DNA of 63,670 nt, filler included, from Stramenopiles sp. TOSAG23-2 (GCA_900128395.1; 22 parts of 22 records of this genome joined end to end with filler, not necessarily neighbours in it), one strand, 5' to 3'. Numbered from the whole stretch's first letter, positions 47,850-60,180 are shown. Made by a program: numbers and translations. Notes: generated by a model from the sequence alone, not told the origin.

Positions 47850-48117
47850 TGCGAAGACTGAGCATCTCAATGGTATGTCTATATTATTCCCTGCCCTGAT
47901 GTTAATGTGTATAGGGGTTTCAAATGGAAAAAGGTATATTAATAAAATTGTAAGAAATATAAGAAATTAAGTAAATGAATAAAATTTAATTTAAGTATAT
48001 ATATCAGTAAAAGTCTCTATCTATATAGAGTGTGTTAACAACATCAAGGGTGTAGAACTTTTATTAGATTTTTTTGATTGGTAAGCCTCGTAGTAAATGC
48101 GTTTCAAGTACGTAAAA

Positions 48118-48263
48118 AAATGTCCAAACGAAATAAGCCGTAATAGCAGGTAAATCAAATGTCCAAACGAAATAAGCCGTAATAGCAGGTAAATCAAATG
48201 TTCCATTCAAATAAGCCGTAATAGCAGGTAAATCAAATGTCCAAACGAAATAAGCCGTAATAG
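48118..48263. repeat. 39-bp minisatellite, about 3.7 copies, running into the scaffold end
   Basis: Unit TGTCCAAACGAAATAAGCCGTAATAGCAGGTAAATCAAA; the third copy is a variant. Confidence 0.92.
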
Positions 48264-48363
48264 NNNNNNNNNNNNNNNNNNNNNNNNNNNNNNNNNNNNN
48301 NNNNNNNTTAATTAATTAANNNNNNNNNNNNNNNNNNNNNNNNNNNNNNNNNNNNNNNNNNNN

Positions 48364-50619
48364 CCACAGACCAATAAAAAACAATCATCATTATCATTAA
48401 TTTTATTCGAAGAAGTAGACCAAATGAATTATTTTGAGGATGATAAAGGATTTTTTGAAGCATTGAAAAAATTAATTAAAACTTCGAAAAGGCCAATTGT
48501 ATTGACGGCAAATAAGATGAATACAACGTTAGAAAATTTAGGAGTAAAAAGTCAATATTTCCCTCAAATGAAATTGTCTAAGGTCGTTTTGAAAGCAAAA
48601 TTAATCTCATTAATTGAAAACATTAAACTTGATATTGTTGACATTGTGAATGTATCACGGTTATTTAGGAATGATTTACGGAAAGTTTTGCAAGCATTGG
48701 AATTATGGGGTGGCAATAACGATAATTATAATTATAAGATCCATCAAAGTAAAAACATGCCATTATTAGATTTGATTTTAGGAGTGCCTCTGGCATATGT
48801 AAATACAAAATATGAATCTTTCGATCAAAGGTATTTAAATATTGCAAAAGAAAATGTAATATCTAAAGATAGTAAGGTTGATGTGAAATATATATTGCGC
48901 AATCGACTAATTGCTTTAGATAAAAAATTAAATAAAACTATTTTTCAAGATGGGTTTGATATGGATATATATTATCAAAATGGTATTAAACATATTCTGA
49001 AAGTCAATAGCAATGAGGCTGACGACGAGGAGGATGAATTGGGTGAAAATCAGAGCAGTGATATTGAGCATACGAAGCATTTGTCATTGCTTTGGCCCAT
49101 GGTAGATGCTGTAAGCCCAGATTGGGGTGAAACCAGTGGCGGGACAGAAGTTAAAATTATTGGAAGAAATTTCGTTCCTCGTGGTGTAATTAAATCAAAA
49201 TGGAATAAACATGTGGTAGTTATGTTTGGGGCAAATAAGTCCACCGAAGTCAATGTAGTAAGCGAAACGGAAATACGTTGTAAAAGTCCTGCTATAACTT
49301 CAATAGAGGAAAACGTTTGGATTAATGGTAAAGCTAAAAAGAAAGATGGAAAAAGAAAATATTTGCCACTTCGCATTAAAGTAATTGTTGATTGCCCGCA
49401 AGGTTATTTTAAATCAAATGAACATGTTGATGGAGATGTACGTTTGCACAATGACTATGCGTTTACATACTTTCCACCAGAAGAAGATATATACGAAAAA
49501 TATTATGATGAAGATTCAAGCGATGATTTTGAAAATACTAATTCCGATTATGACACGTTCGTTAAGAACAGCGCAGTTGGTAAAAAGGTGAAGAAAAAGA
49601 AGCAGATATTGAATCAAATAAAACGGATTAATTGGAGCTTTTATCAAGAAAAAACAATCGAGTTCCCAGAAAAGAAATTAGGATTAGAATTGACAGAAAA
49701 TTTTGTTAAATCACTTGATCGAAATCCTTTTCAAGGAGATGGGTTGCTTGTTGATAAAATACAAGAAAAACATTGTGCAAACCCCGTGGAATGTAGAAAA
49801 ATCTCTGGGTGGTATCTGTCTTCAATTTACAATACTGTTACTAAGAAAAGAATATCGATTATCGAGGATGCATTAGATTTTGATCATGTTGTCGATGCAA
49901 TAATAAAAGGAGAGATGAAAGATCGACCAATTAAGATTACGTTTCAAAATATTAATTTTACTCAAATGGAGAAAGAAAATGATTTAATGCTGACGGAAGA
50001 TTTATTAGCTAAAGCACTTACACTGGAAGAAGAAGAGGGAAATAGATTAATGGAAATCGAATTAATGACAAAAGAAAATACGCTAGCGAATGAAATTCGT
50101 AAAGTAGAAAAGGAAAAGAAGATGTCGGAACAGGAAGTGAAAATGGATGTAGAAGATGAGAAAGTAGAAAAGGAAGTAACGGTAAATGATGATGATGATA
50201 CCATAATACCATGGATTGAAAATGATTCTTTATTAAAGTCATTAAAGGAAGATAACAGATTAGATGAATGGCAGAGTATGATGGAAACTATTTCGAGCTG
50301 TGATGTAATTGGAAAACCATTTCGTCATAGTAACATAGCGAATAACAAATGTCTTTTTTTGCCAAAAGCTATGCCATCTAATTCATCATTTACTTGTGAA
50401 TATCCAACAGATTGGGAAGAGGTACCGGAAGTTCTTGAATACCATTCAAACTTAGATTCGTTAGGATACAACATATCGTCTACCATGCGTACCATGGAAA
50501 TGTTAACTATACTTCATAATAATGCTTCCTCTTCGCAAAACGATGAAGAAATGGATGAAGATGAAGAAGATGATTTAAATGAAATGAATTCTATTTCTTT
50601 TTCATCCCCAATTTTTTGA
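48364..50619 (+). CDS. ATAD5: ATAD5/Elg1 C-terminal half (Walker B onward) with IPT/TIG-like and PDZ-like insertions
   Basis: Open from the scaffold start: SLILFEEVD...DDKGFFEALKKLIKTSKRPIVLTAN and NDLRKVLQAL. IPT-like VDAVSPDWGETSGGTEVKIIGRNF. PDZ-like LGLEL...RPIKITF. Confidence 0.85.
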   Translation, partial: PQTNKKQSSLSLILFEEVDQMNYFEDDKGFFEALKKLIKTSKRPIVLTANKMNTTLENLGVKSQYFPQMKLSKVVLKAKLISLIENIKLDIVDIVNVSRLFRNDLRKVLQALELWGGNNDNYNYKIHQSKNMPLLDLILGVPLAYVNTKYESFDQRYLNIAKENVISKDSKVDVKYILRNRLIALDKKLNKTIFQDGFDMDIYYQNGIKHILKVNSNEADDEEDELGENQSSDIEHTKHLSLLWPMVDAVSPDWGETSGGTEVKIIGRNFVPRGVIKSKWNKHVVVMFGANKSTEVNVVSETEIRCKSPAITSIEENVWINGKAKKKDGKRKYLPLRIKVIVDCPQGYFKSNEHVDGDVRLHNDYAFTYFPPEEDIYEKYYDEDSSDDFENTNSDYDTFVKNSAVGKKVKKKKQILNQIKRINWSFYQEKTIEFPEKKLGLELTENFVKSLDRNPFQGDGLLVDKIQEKHCANPVECRKISGWYLSSIYNTVTKKRISIIEDALDFDHVVDAIIKGEMKDRPIKITFQNINFTQMEKENDLMLTEDLLAKALTLEEEEGNRLMEIELMTKENTLANEIRKVEKEKKMSEQEVKMDVEDEKVEKEVTVNDDDDTIIPWIENDSLLKSLKEDNRLDEWQSMMETISSCDVIGKPFRHSNIANNKCLFLPKAMPSNSSFTCEYPTDWEEVPEVLEYHSNLDSLGYNISSTMRTMEMLTILHNNASSSQNDEEMDEDEEDDLNEMNSISFSSPIF

Positions 50620-53079
50620 CGATCCTTTTTTCTTCTTGCTCTTTTTATTAGAATTACTTTTTCCTCGTTTACGCTTATTTTTTTTAGTACCAGTAGGCGT
50701 TGCCACTTTTTTTTCCTTTGATATTTTTTGCCCAAAGCCTTGTTGTTGTTGCTGCGTAGTTGGGAGTCGATGTGATTGCGTTGCTTCACCAAACATTTGT
50801 AAAATTTTTGTTTTATTGCGTATTTGTCCTGCATGAATTTCAATAACATCATACCCTAACTGTTTTGCGCAGGCAAAAACAGCACTCGTTTTCCCGCTAC
50901 CGGTTGGGCCTGTAATTAACATTGTATTATTATTTTCCAATACGTATTGGTCATTATCCTCGTCGTCTAAATCATATTCCCAAATCCAATCATCCTCATC
51001 CTTCTTCGCTTCAAATTCATTCTTTTTTTGTGTAAATTCTTTTAACCAATTCAATAACATGTTAATGCTAAATTCTGATCCAGCAAAACTTTTAGTGGAT
51101 AGCGGACGATATTTAACGTTGAATACACCATTACTATTATTGTTAGGCTTATTAATCTTTTCAATACCTTTCCTATCATTTTTTGCATTGTTTACCATCG
51201 TTGTATCTGTTGCAATGCATTTTAATAACTCGTCATATTCTGCATGTAATTTCTCGGTTGTAAGAATATTAGGAGGATCGTAAATATTTTTCTTCTCCAT
51301 TTTACGGCATATAAAGTTGTATGTATCAGTTAAAGTATCCAATTCATTTTTAAGATATTTATCTTTTTTTCCAGTACTGGCCTTCATATCGACATCGGGT
51401 GTTACAAGATTTATAATATCTGGCTTGCTATTAGTATGAAGGTTTGTAGTTGATGATTGATTCTTCAAAATACGAATAATATTATCTTCAAGTGAAAATT
51501 GCGATGTGTCGTAGCGCAAATCTTCATCATTTTTCAAAAGACTTCCAGTAGGCATATCTAATATTTGTATAACATTATTGTCCTTACCTTGCTGATCACC
51601 ATCTATATTATTACTTTCATTTTTGCAATTGCTACGTAATGTCTCCATGAATGATCTATTAGGAAAATCCATTAAATTCCATGATGTCGCGTTATTATTA
51701 TTATTATTATTATTATGATTGCCACTGTTAACACCTCCATTTTTATTACTAGACAATGTTAAATCAATCGCCTTTTGCATTTGACGTGCCTCTGCTGCTT
51801 TCGTCCTATCTTTTACTTGTTGGAAAAATGGATTGATAGTTTTGCTTTTATATATTAATTTGTGTTCCTTTTTTTGCTTTAGCAAGTCTTTACGCAATGT
51901 TTCCTTTGCTTTGATTGCAATTTCAGCACGGCGGCGCTGATCCAAAATTTTATCTTTTTCCACTTTTTCATCTTTTGTTAGAAAAAAATCTTTCGTTTTT
52001 AATAGTAATTCCTCGCGTTCTTTACCAGTGGCATGTGATAATGACTTTCGTCGCTTTTTTTCTTTTTTCGTTAGTTTAGGTTTTAATGAATTGTCGTTAG
52101 AAGTATCATCCTTCTTATCATTCACATCTTTTTTTGTGTTTTTATTCTTTACTTTACTACTTTTTTTATTGTTTTTTTTACTATTAATCATATCAAAAAT
52201 ATTAGGTATCTTATCATCTTGTACCTTATTACTATTTTTCATCTTCTTTTTTTTTATTTTCTTCTTCTTTTTCTTATCATTAGTATCAGCAATTTGGTGG
52301 GTTTCATCCTTCGTTTGTGATTTTTTAAAAATTGAAGCGATCTTTCCGTTACTACCTTTTTTTGCAGTAGTACTTGTAGGAACTGGATGCGTTATTGATT
52401 CTTTATTTATCTCATTTACCTTCCCAACTGGAAGCGAAGACATTGATGGAGATGGTGCGGCATTTTTTGTAGTATCCATAACACTTGCTTTTACAATGGA
52501 TTCTTGTTCTTCTTGTTCTGTTTCCTGTATATTTTGATGCTTTGGTGCAACAACTTGAATATTCCCTAAACTAGTTTTGGATGATTTTTTCATAGAAAAC
52601 ATTGCTGGTATATGCACTCCATTCTGTAGCTTTTTTTTCTCCTTCATTTTTAATGTACTGTTCATTAATTTGTTTTTTTGAGATTCTTCTGCAGCATTAA
52701 TATTTGTTTTCTTCTTCTTCTTTACAACCATGTATGTGCTATAATCAACTTGATGTTTACATAAATCATCTTTTAAGACTTTCATGCCCTTTTTGTAACC
52801 ATCTTCATCAAATGCAGCTTGGTATATTTTGTAATAAGAATCGATAGTTACTTGTTTTGACGGGAACATCACTTCAAATTGTGACAATTCCAATTGAACA
52901 CCTGGGTTTGTCACATTTAAGATATTTCGAAAGTCATTAAAATTTAAAAATGTTTTTCCTTTTGAGTCGTATTTATTGAATACATCTTGTAATATACTTT
53001 TCGCTCTTTTCGTCAAACTTTTATTGACCTTATTGAACAGATATTTATCATAATCTATTATTTTACAAGCGCTATCCAT
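50602..53079 (-). CDS. ATAD5: ATAD5/Elg1 N-terminal half (to Walker A) with EF-hand-like N-terminus
   Basis: KYRP...LLNWLKEF and LITGPTGSGKTSAVFACAKQLGYDVIEIHAG..R......FGEATQSH. VFNKYDSKGKTFLNFNDF is EF-hand-like. Start set at MDSACK. Confidence 0.88.
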   Translation of the reverse strand: MDSACKIIDYDKYLFNKVNKSLTKRAKSILQDVFNKYDSKGKTFLNFNDFRNILNVTNPGVQLELSQFEVMFPSKQVTIDSYYKIYQAAFDEDGYKKGMKVLKDDLCKHQVDYSTYMVVKKKKKTNINAAEESQKNKLMNSTLKMKEKKKLQNGVHIPAMFSMKKSSKTSLGNIQVVAPKHQNIQETEQEEQESIVKASVMDTTKNAAPSPSMSSLPVGKVNEINKESITHPVPTSTTAKKGSNGKIASIFKKSQTKDETHQIADTNDKKKKKKIKKKKMKNSNKVQDDKIPNIFDMINSKKNNKKSSKVKNKNTKKDVNDKKDDTSNDNSLKPKLTKKEKKRRKSLSHATGKEREELLLKTKDFFLTKDEKVEKDKILDQRRRAEIAIKAKETLRKDLLKQKKEHKLIYKSKTINPFFQQVKDRTKAAEARQMQKAIDLTLSSNKNGGVNSGNHNNNNNNNNATSWNLMDFPNRSFMETLRSNCKNESNNIDGDQQGKDNNVIQILDMPTGSLLKNDEDLRYDTSQFSLEDNIIRILKNQSSTTNLHTNSKPDIINLVTPDVDMKASTGKKDKYLKNELDTLTDTYNFICRKMEKKNIYDPPNILTTEKLHAEYDELLKCIATDTTMVNNAKNDRKGIEKINKPNNNSNGVFNVKYRPLSTKSFAGSEFSINMLLNWLKEFTQKKNEFEAKKDEDDWIWEYDLDDEDNDQYVLENNNTMLITGPTGSGKTSAVFACAKQLGYDVIEIHAGQIRNKTKILQMFGEATQSHRLPTTQQQQQGFGQKISKEKKVATPTGTKKNKRKRGKSNSNKKSKKKKGSSKNWG

Positions 53080-53917
53080 ACTTAATATAAACAAAAATCC
53101 CAATAGAAAATGTGTATATGGATGTGATATGTAAATATATATATATATATATATACGATGAAAAAAAATCAAATATCGTAAGAAATATCTATTATATTTC
53201 AAAAATCAACAAAAAAATTGAAATAAACAACAACTATAAATTATTTATCGTACCAATTCGTTCAATTTTTTATGTATATATAATTATAATGATTGTTCTT
53301 ATAAACGAATGTTGATAATGATGATGATGATGTAAGCGATAATGAAGTAATTACCAAGTCTTTCAACGATTCACATCATTTAAATTCAAATCTATTCTGA
53401 TTATTTGATATACCAATTGAATTGCAATTGTAATAAATTGTGCAATTATTATGAATGAATGTATTCTATGTATAGCTACAATCCACCAGGCAATTAGCAT
53501 TTTGGTATAGAAATACGATGATGATGATATGATGATGTAGAGAGAGAATTTTTAAAAATTGCTTTCGGGGTGAGCAACAGCCTATTTTATTATTCTAATA
53601 AGTATAATATATTCCTAGTTGATTGCCAGATTTGAAATTTCCCACAAAAATAATATAGAACCGCGTAATACGCTGTAACAGCTTGCTGGGCTTGCCAGGC
53701 TTGCCCAGGGCTTGTACGAATGATCCAAGCAGAGGATACCCTACACTGTAACATGGAGGGAATCTCTCGATGATGTACAATTGTCGTTACAATAGGTGCA
53801 ATATGTATGTAATTTTATGTTTGAAAATCTGAATCTGTTTTTTTTTTTTTGTGTGTTTGGTTTATAGAAAGGAAACAATGAATAGAAAGCAAGATACATA
53901 TTCATATAATCAATACC

Positions 53918-55438
53918 ATGGATGAAACAAAGAACATGGATAAAATGGATGAACCGGAAGTGGAAGTAGATCATACAAACATCGACGAAATGGAAGATGT
54001 GCAACAACAACAACAACAAGAAACAATTGAAATAGAAGCAAATCAAGACAACGTAGATGAAGTTCTTGTACATAGTGAGGATAATAATATTACTACTAAT
54101 AATACTAATACGAACGTGAAAGCAACCTCTAGTGGTGGTGTAGATATGGAATATGAGGAGAATAAAACGAAGGAAAAAGTAGATGATACTATAACGACGA
54201 AAACAGCAACGATAATTAATTTTGGCCAAGAACCTTCGGCTGGATCTATCTATCCGAAAGAAGAAGCATTTTTTTCAACCTGTCCATTAAATATTATTGA
54301 TGAAGTCTATAATAAAGTAGATGATTATTTAAATGATGCTTTTGATGATATTGAAAGACGCTTAGTATTGAGCGCGGCAACTATATCAATTGAGAAATTG
54401 CAAGAAATTGTCCAAGAAAAGGCAGGAGCAAGTAGTAACAATAATGATAACAATAATTTAGGCGGTTTGAAAAATACTTTACCATCGTCAATACCTACAT
54501 TATTAACGAAACATTTTAAACTGAATGTTGATAATATCAAATCAATATCGTTTGAACGCGCATTGAGCGTAATCAAAGTATTAGGTTTATCAAATATCAT
54601 TACCATTGATGATTTAGCGCAAGAAGATATAACAAGATGCCAAGATATACGGGAAAAATTAGATCATGTATTGGATAAAGTGAATTTTATTTATGATAAA
54701 AATTTTGATAAATTTGAAATGTATAGTTTACGCAATATCTTTCGCATTCCAGATGATTTAGGTGATAAAACGAAAGTTGATATTGACATTGAAAATAGTA
54801 GTAGTAGTAGCAGTGACGATAAAACTTATAGTGAAGCTGATGAAAAAAATATTGATAATAAACGTTATCAATTATTACAAGAAATTGTTTCATTGCGAAG
54901 GGAAAATAAACGATTTGCTCGTAAGTAGTTGTACACACACACACATATATATATACAACACACATATACATATGCTGTTGTTTGTTTTAAACTTTCTGTA
55001 TATACATAAAACACTAACAACAATAATATATCTATATATATATATTTCACAGGTACTCGTGCATTCTATCGTGCAGATATTGAAAACTTTCACACGCGTA
55101 TGCCAATGTTGGAAAATTGTACAAATGGCATGATAAATGACACTGATAAACCGTTATCAAATATAGTTGGTGCTTTGCTTGAACGTGGTAAACAATTGAA
55201 TAATTTATCAAAAAGCATTTCACAAACAAAAGAAAAATTAGTGAAAAAAGGTGGAAAGAATGTTAGCTTAGTACTTGCTGGGCGTAAAAGACGTTTTAAT
55301 GAAATGACGAATCAAAACAACAATGTTAAATCTACTGCAGAAATGCATACAAGATTTGAACATGAACGTAGAAAAATAGGAAACGTTACTGTGGAAACTG
55401 CTATGCAATTAAGAGGGAAATTGGATGCCTTACGATGA
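53918..55438 (+). CDS. MIS12: Kinetochore protein Mis12-like; two exons (intron 54921-55052)
   Basis: EAFFSTCPLNIIDEVYNKVDDYL and DKNFDKFEMYSLRNIFRIP match the Mis12 head pattern. The GTAAGT...TTTCACAG intron joins ORFs 53918-54928 and 55100-55438 in frame. Confidence 0.85.
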
Positions 55439-56067
55439 GGCTTTTAAATATGTGCAGAGAGAGGTTCTATCTCAGAGAGTAAAATGTGTGTGTGTGTGTA
55501 TCATATGATACGTCGGTACAAGTAAAAAATCTATATATATATTTTTTTGTGTTTTTTTAAAATTGTAAACATTTTTATTTCCAAATATCAATATTATGGT
55601 TTAAATTAGTGTACATTTTGATTATATATACATATAACAATTTTATAAATCATACACACACACACACACGCATCTTTTTCATGTCTTTTTAAAATCTTTT
55701 TTTATATTCGTAAAATACAAGCGCACCTCTTGTATTTCATTTACAAACACATGAAGATATGATGTTTTTAACTCCCATGCTGATGATATATTTGAATACA
55801 CACATAATATAATATCTTGTTTGTATGATATAACATACGTACGTGCAAATTATATTACATATTTAAATATATCTTCATTGTGCATTGATTCCATTTATAT
55901 GTATACTTAATACATTAATACCATAATACTTGGTGTATATATATATATATATATATATATTATTATTNNNNNNNNNNNNNNNNNNNNNNNNNNNNNNNNN
56001 NNNNNNNNNNNTTAATTAATTAANNNNNNNNNNNNNNNNNNNNNNNNNNNNNNNNNNNNNNNNNNNN

Positions 56068-59000
56068 TTATGTTGTTATTATTGATAATTTCTCTTTGTG
56101 CCTTTTCATACCTGCCTAGACTTCTTCTTTTTGATTGTTTCTTTTGCATCATCATTTTTTCTCTTTCCATAATTGACATTTTACCTTTGGCAATTGGAGA
56201 AGCAGTTTTTTTTTCAACGGGTTTTGTATCTGAAGAGAGAACGGAACTAACGTTGCTGGCAGATCGTTTACGTCTTCTTTTCATCTTTTTTTGCATTTCA
56301 TTGTAATTAGCTAACTCTAAAATCATCCCACCGGAAGAACCATAACCTTTCTTAATTTTTAAAAGACTTGTGCAATTATCGAACAATTGATCTTCGGAAT
56401 CACTAAATTGTTTGTCCACTGGTAGTTTTTGCAACAAGCGTGCTACACTGGTTTTCATTTTTGATATTTTTTTACTTTTAGTATGTAGACATTCAAGGTA
56501 AATTTGCTCATCCTCCAAACGAAATTTAATAATATAATCTCTGCCAGCTATTTTCATTTGTTTCTCCTTGAATTTTTTCTCTACAACTTTTGGTCTATTG
56601 TTTAAATCATAAGCCTTTGGTGCTGAACGACCCGTTGAGTTTTTACTTCCTGTTGTTCCTGTTGTTCCTGTTATTCCTGTTGTTCCTGTTGTTTCTGTTG
56701 TTCCTGATGCTGTTGAGTTTCCTAAGTTTCTTGTTGTTCCTAAGTTTCCTGTTGTTCCTGTTGCCCCTGAATTTCTTGATGTTCCTGATATTGTTGAGCT
56801 TCTTGATGATACCCCTGATGTCCCCGATACCCTTGAGTTTCTTGACTTTGTTCCTGATTCATTTGTTTCTCCTTGAATTTTTTCTCTACAACTTTTGGTC
56901 TATTGTTTAAATCATAAGCCTTTGGTGCTGAACGACCCGTTGAGTTTTTACTTCCTGTTGTTCCTGTTGTTCCTGTTATTCCTGTTGTTCCTGTTGTTTC
57001 TGTTGTTCCTGATGCTGTTGAGTTTCCTAAGTTTCTTGTTGTTCCTAAGTTTCCATTCATTTGTTTCTCCTTGAATTTTTTCTCTACAACTTTTGGTCTA
57101 TTGTTTAAATTATAAGCCTTTGGCGCTGAACGACCCGTTGAGTTTTTACTCCCCAATGTTCCTGTTGTTCCTGTTGTTCCTGATGCTGTTGAGTTTCCTA
57201 AGTTTCTTGTTGTTCCTAAGTTTCCAGTTGTTCCTGTTGCCCCTGAATTTCTGGATGATCCTGATATTGTTGAGCTTCTTGATGATACCCCTGATGCCCC
57301 CGATACCCCTGAGTTTCTTGACGTTGTTCCTGAGGGCCCTGCACTGCCCGCTTTTGCCGCGTCTTCACTTTGCCTCCTTTTCTTTTGTGGAATATACTTT
57401 TTCAATGTTATTTCACGTTGGCGTTTTCCCAACACTTTTTTTTTCCCTAATATCACTTTAAAAGATTTTAAAATTGCATTGTAATATGAAAAAAGCGATG
57501 AGAATTTTTCTTTATCAATATTAGACAATTTAAATACCTCAGCGTATGTCATGGATTTTTCCATATGAAAACCTTCTTCCTTTCCACCATTAATTTCTTC
57601 ATAGGCTGAAATTCTAATTTTATTATTTTTATGAAAAAGATGAACCATGTATAGTTTCCCACCACATTCGATCTCATCATGTAGTAAAGGTTTGGATTCC
57701 ATCAATATTTCCTCCTTCACAGCTTCTTTAGCTGCTTTTACTTCATCATCTGTCAATTTGTGCAATTTAACATTTCCCGTTTTTTTATCAAATTGTTGAG
57801 GGAGTTTTGCAAATAAATGCAATAGCTCTTTCATGTCCATTTCTTTCAACTTGTCCACGCTGTAAATCATGGATTTTTCCATATGAAAACCTTCTTCCTT
57901 TCCACCATTAATTTCTTCATATGCTGAAATTCTAATTTTATCATTTTTATGAAAAAGATGAACCATGTATAGTTTCCCACCACTTTCGATCTCATCATGT
58001 AATAAAGGTTTGGATTCCATTAATATTTCCTCCTTCACAGCTTCCTTAGCTGCTTTTACTTCATCATCTGTCAATTTGTGCAATTTAACATTTCCTGTTT
58101 TTTTATCAAATTGTTGAGGGAGTTTTGAAAATAAATGCAATAGCTCTTTCATGTCCATTTCTTTCAACTTGTCCACGCTGTAACCTAATGCTGTAATCAA
58201 TTCATCATCGGTTCGTTCCAAATCAAATAATTGTTTATTTGTTTTTGGGTCTTTGAAATAAATGCAATAGCTCTTTCATGTCCATTTCTTTCAACTTGTC
58301 CACGCTGTAACCTAATGCTGTAATCAATTCATCATCGGTTCGTTCCAAATCAAATAATTGTTTATTTGTTTTTGGGTCTTTGAAAACTAAATGTACATGG
58401 CCATCCTCATCTTTTGCAATATTCATTATCCCCTTTACACCATTAATAGTTTCCTCTCCTTCATATAATTTACCTTTTGGTAAATTTAAATGAGGTGCTT
58501 GTCGTTTTCTTTCCTCAATTTCCCTAGCATGTTTTATTGCAGCAATTCTCATAGCTTCAGCTTTTAAAAGTGCTCGTGCGTATTTAACTCTTTCCAGTAA
58601 ATATTTGCGTGCTTCATCTTTCTCTCTTTGTTTATCTGCTTTTCGTTTCTCAAATGCAGCATGTCGTTCAGCAGCCTTTTTCTCATCTTTCGCATCTCTT
58701 TCTTTTTGAACTCTCATCGCCTCTTCTTTGTATTTTTGCATTTTCAATCTCTCTGCTTCTCTATCCACCTTTCTAATTTTTAATTGATCGACCATTCTAT
58801 CGAAATAAATGGCTCGAAATAAAGTGTCCAAAATACCTTCTAAATCAATTTCACCGAGTTCTTCCGGATCTAATAAATCCATTATATCCTTTTCTGTCGT
58901 TTGCACTTTAAACTCAGCATCATTTTTATCGCCTTGCCCCCACCAATGAGCACCACTATGGGCTTCACTATCGTGATGGTGACTCACGCCAGCATGCGAA

Positions 59001-59116
59001 ACAATAATATCAATAGGACCATCTTCTTCCTCTTTTACAATTATAAGATCGTGATATTCACCATTTATAATTTTTTGTGCTTCATACAATAAACCTAGTG
59101 GTAAAACTAGCGCCAT
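56068..59116 (-). CDS. Large hypothetical protein with repeated beta-rich modules, coiled coil and G/T/S-rich linker; fragmented by duplications, 3' truncated
   Basis: Track ORFs 58235-59125, 56740-58221 and 56012-56557 overlap through near-identical duplicated blocks and read as one gene starting MALVLPLG. Confidence 0.7.
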
Positions 59117-59152
59117 CTTCCACAATTTTTATAATAGTTTAATATTTCACAG

Positions 59153-59376
59153 CTTGGTGGCTATTAGTATTGTCAATATGGTTTACTGCCAAATGTCCGT
59201 TTGGTATGTATATGTATCTATATTTTATTTTTTTATTATTAATAATAATAATCTTCATAACAACCTTGGTGGCTATTAGTATTGTCAATATGGTTTACTG
59301 CCAAATGTCCGTTTGGTATGTATATGTATCTATATTTTATTTTTTTATTATTAATAATAATAATCTTCATAACAAC
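59153..59376. repeat. 112-bp tandem duplication
   Basis: CTTGGTGGCTATTAG...CATAACAAC starts at 59153 and 59265. Confidence 0.93.
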
Positions 59377-59971
59377 TATGAGTCTAATAGCATCATACTA
59401 ATACTATAACCAGCTGCTAAATATATATAATAATTTATAGTAGCATATAGTAGCTATAAGTATTATTTATAGTTTATAGCTAGCGCGCGTGCTATGATGC
59501 TGCTATACCTATAGTATGCCCCAGTCTTTTTTTATTCGCACTTCGCTAGCGAGACGAGGACACTGAAAGCAAAACACATACAAAAGTACATATAATTATA
59601 CTGTTGCTAATAACTTACTTCCTATTATATTCCAGTAAGAGATGGTAAAGTGTCGGAAAAAATAAATTATTGATATATAAGATACTATTAACCCGAAAGT
59701 AAGTAATACGAAAAAAAGCTAAACGCTACAAAATCTTCGTAAATTATAGTAAACGGATAATTTGATTTTCCATTGTGGTTATTATTAGCACATTATTATA
59801 TTTTGTATTTATTGGCATTGTATTCTTCATTTTATATGTTGCTTTCCTGGCTTTCCAGCTTTCTTCACTATAATAGCCTTACCACCAGGTCGGTACCAGG
59901 TAACAACTACGTAGATAACAACTTAAAAAACTAACTATATATATATACATTATTATATTTTTATTATTACA

Positions 59972-60173
59972 CTTTTAATCATCACAAGGAGAATTTCTAT
60001 TTGCAAACTTGTTATATCAAAATCAAAGTACCTCGAGACAATAAATACTTGTAAAACATTATATATAGACATCTTTTAATCATCACAAGGAGAATTTCTA
60101 TTTGCAAACTTGTTATATCAAAATCAAAGTACCTCGAGACAATAAATACTTGTAAAACATTATATATAGACAT
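59972..60173. repeat. 101-bp tandem duplication
   Basis: CTTTTAATCATCACAAGG...TAGACAT starts at 59972 and 60073. Confidence 0.93.
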
Positions 60174-60180
60174 ATAGAAC

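Noticed and set aside
47659-48263. Repeat-spacer-repeat and 39-bp units as CRISPR or telomere
   Set aside because: There are only two 70-bp copies. The 39-bp units are contiguous without spacers and unlike known telomeric repeats.
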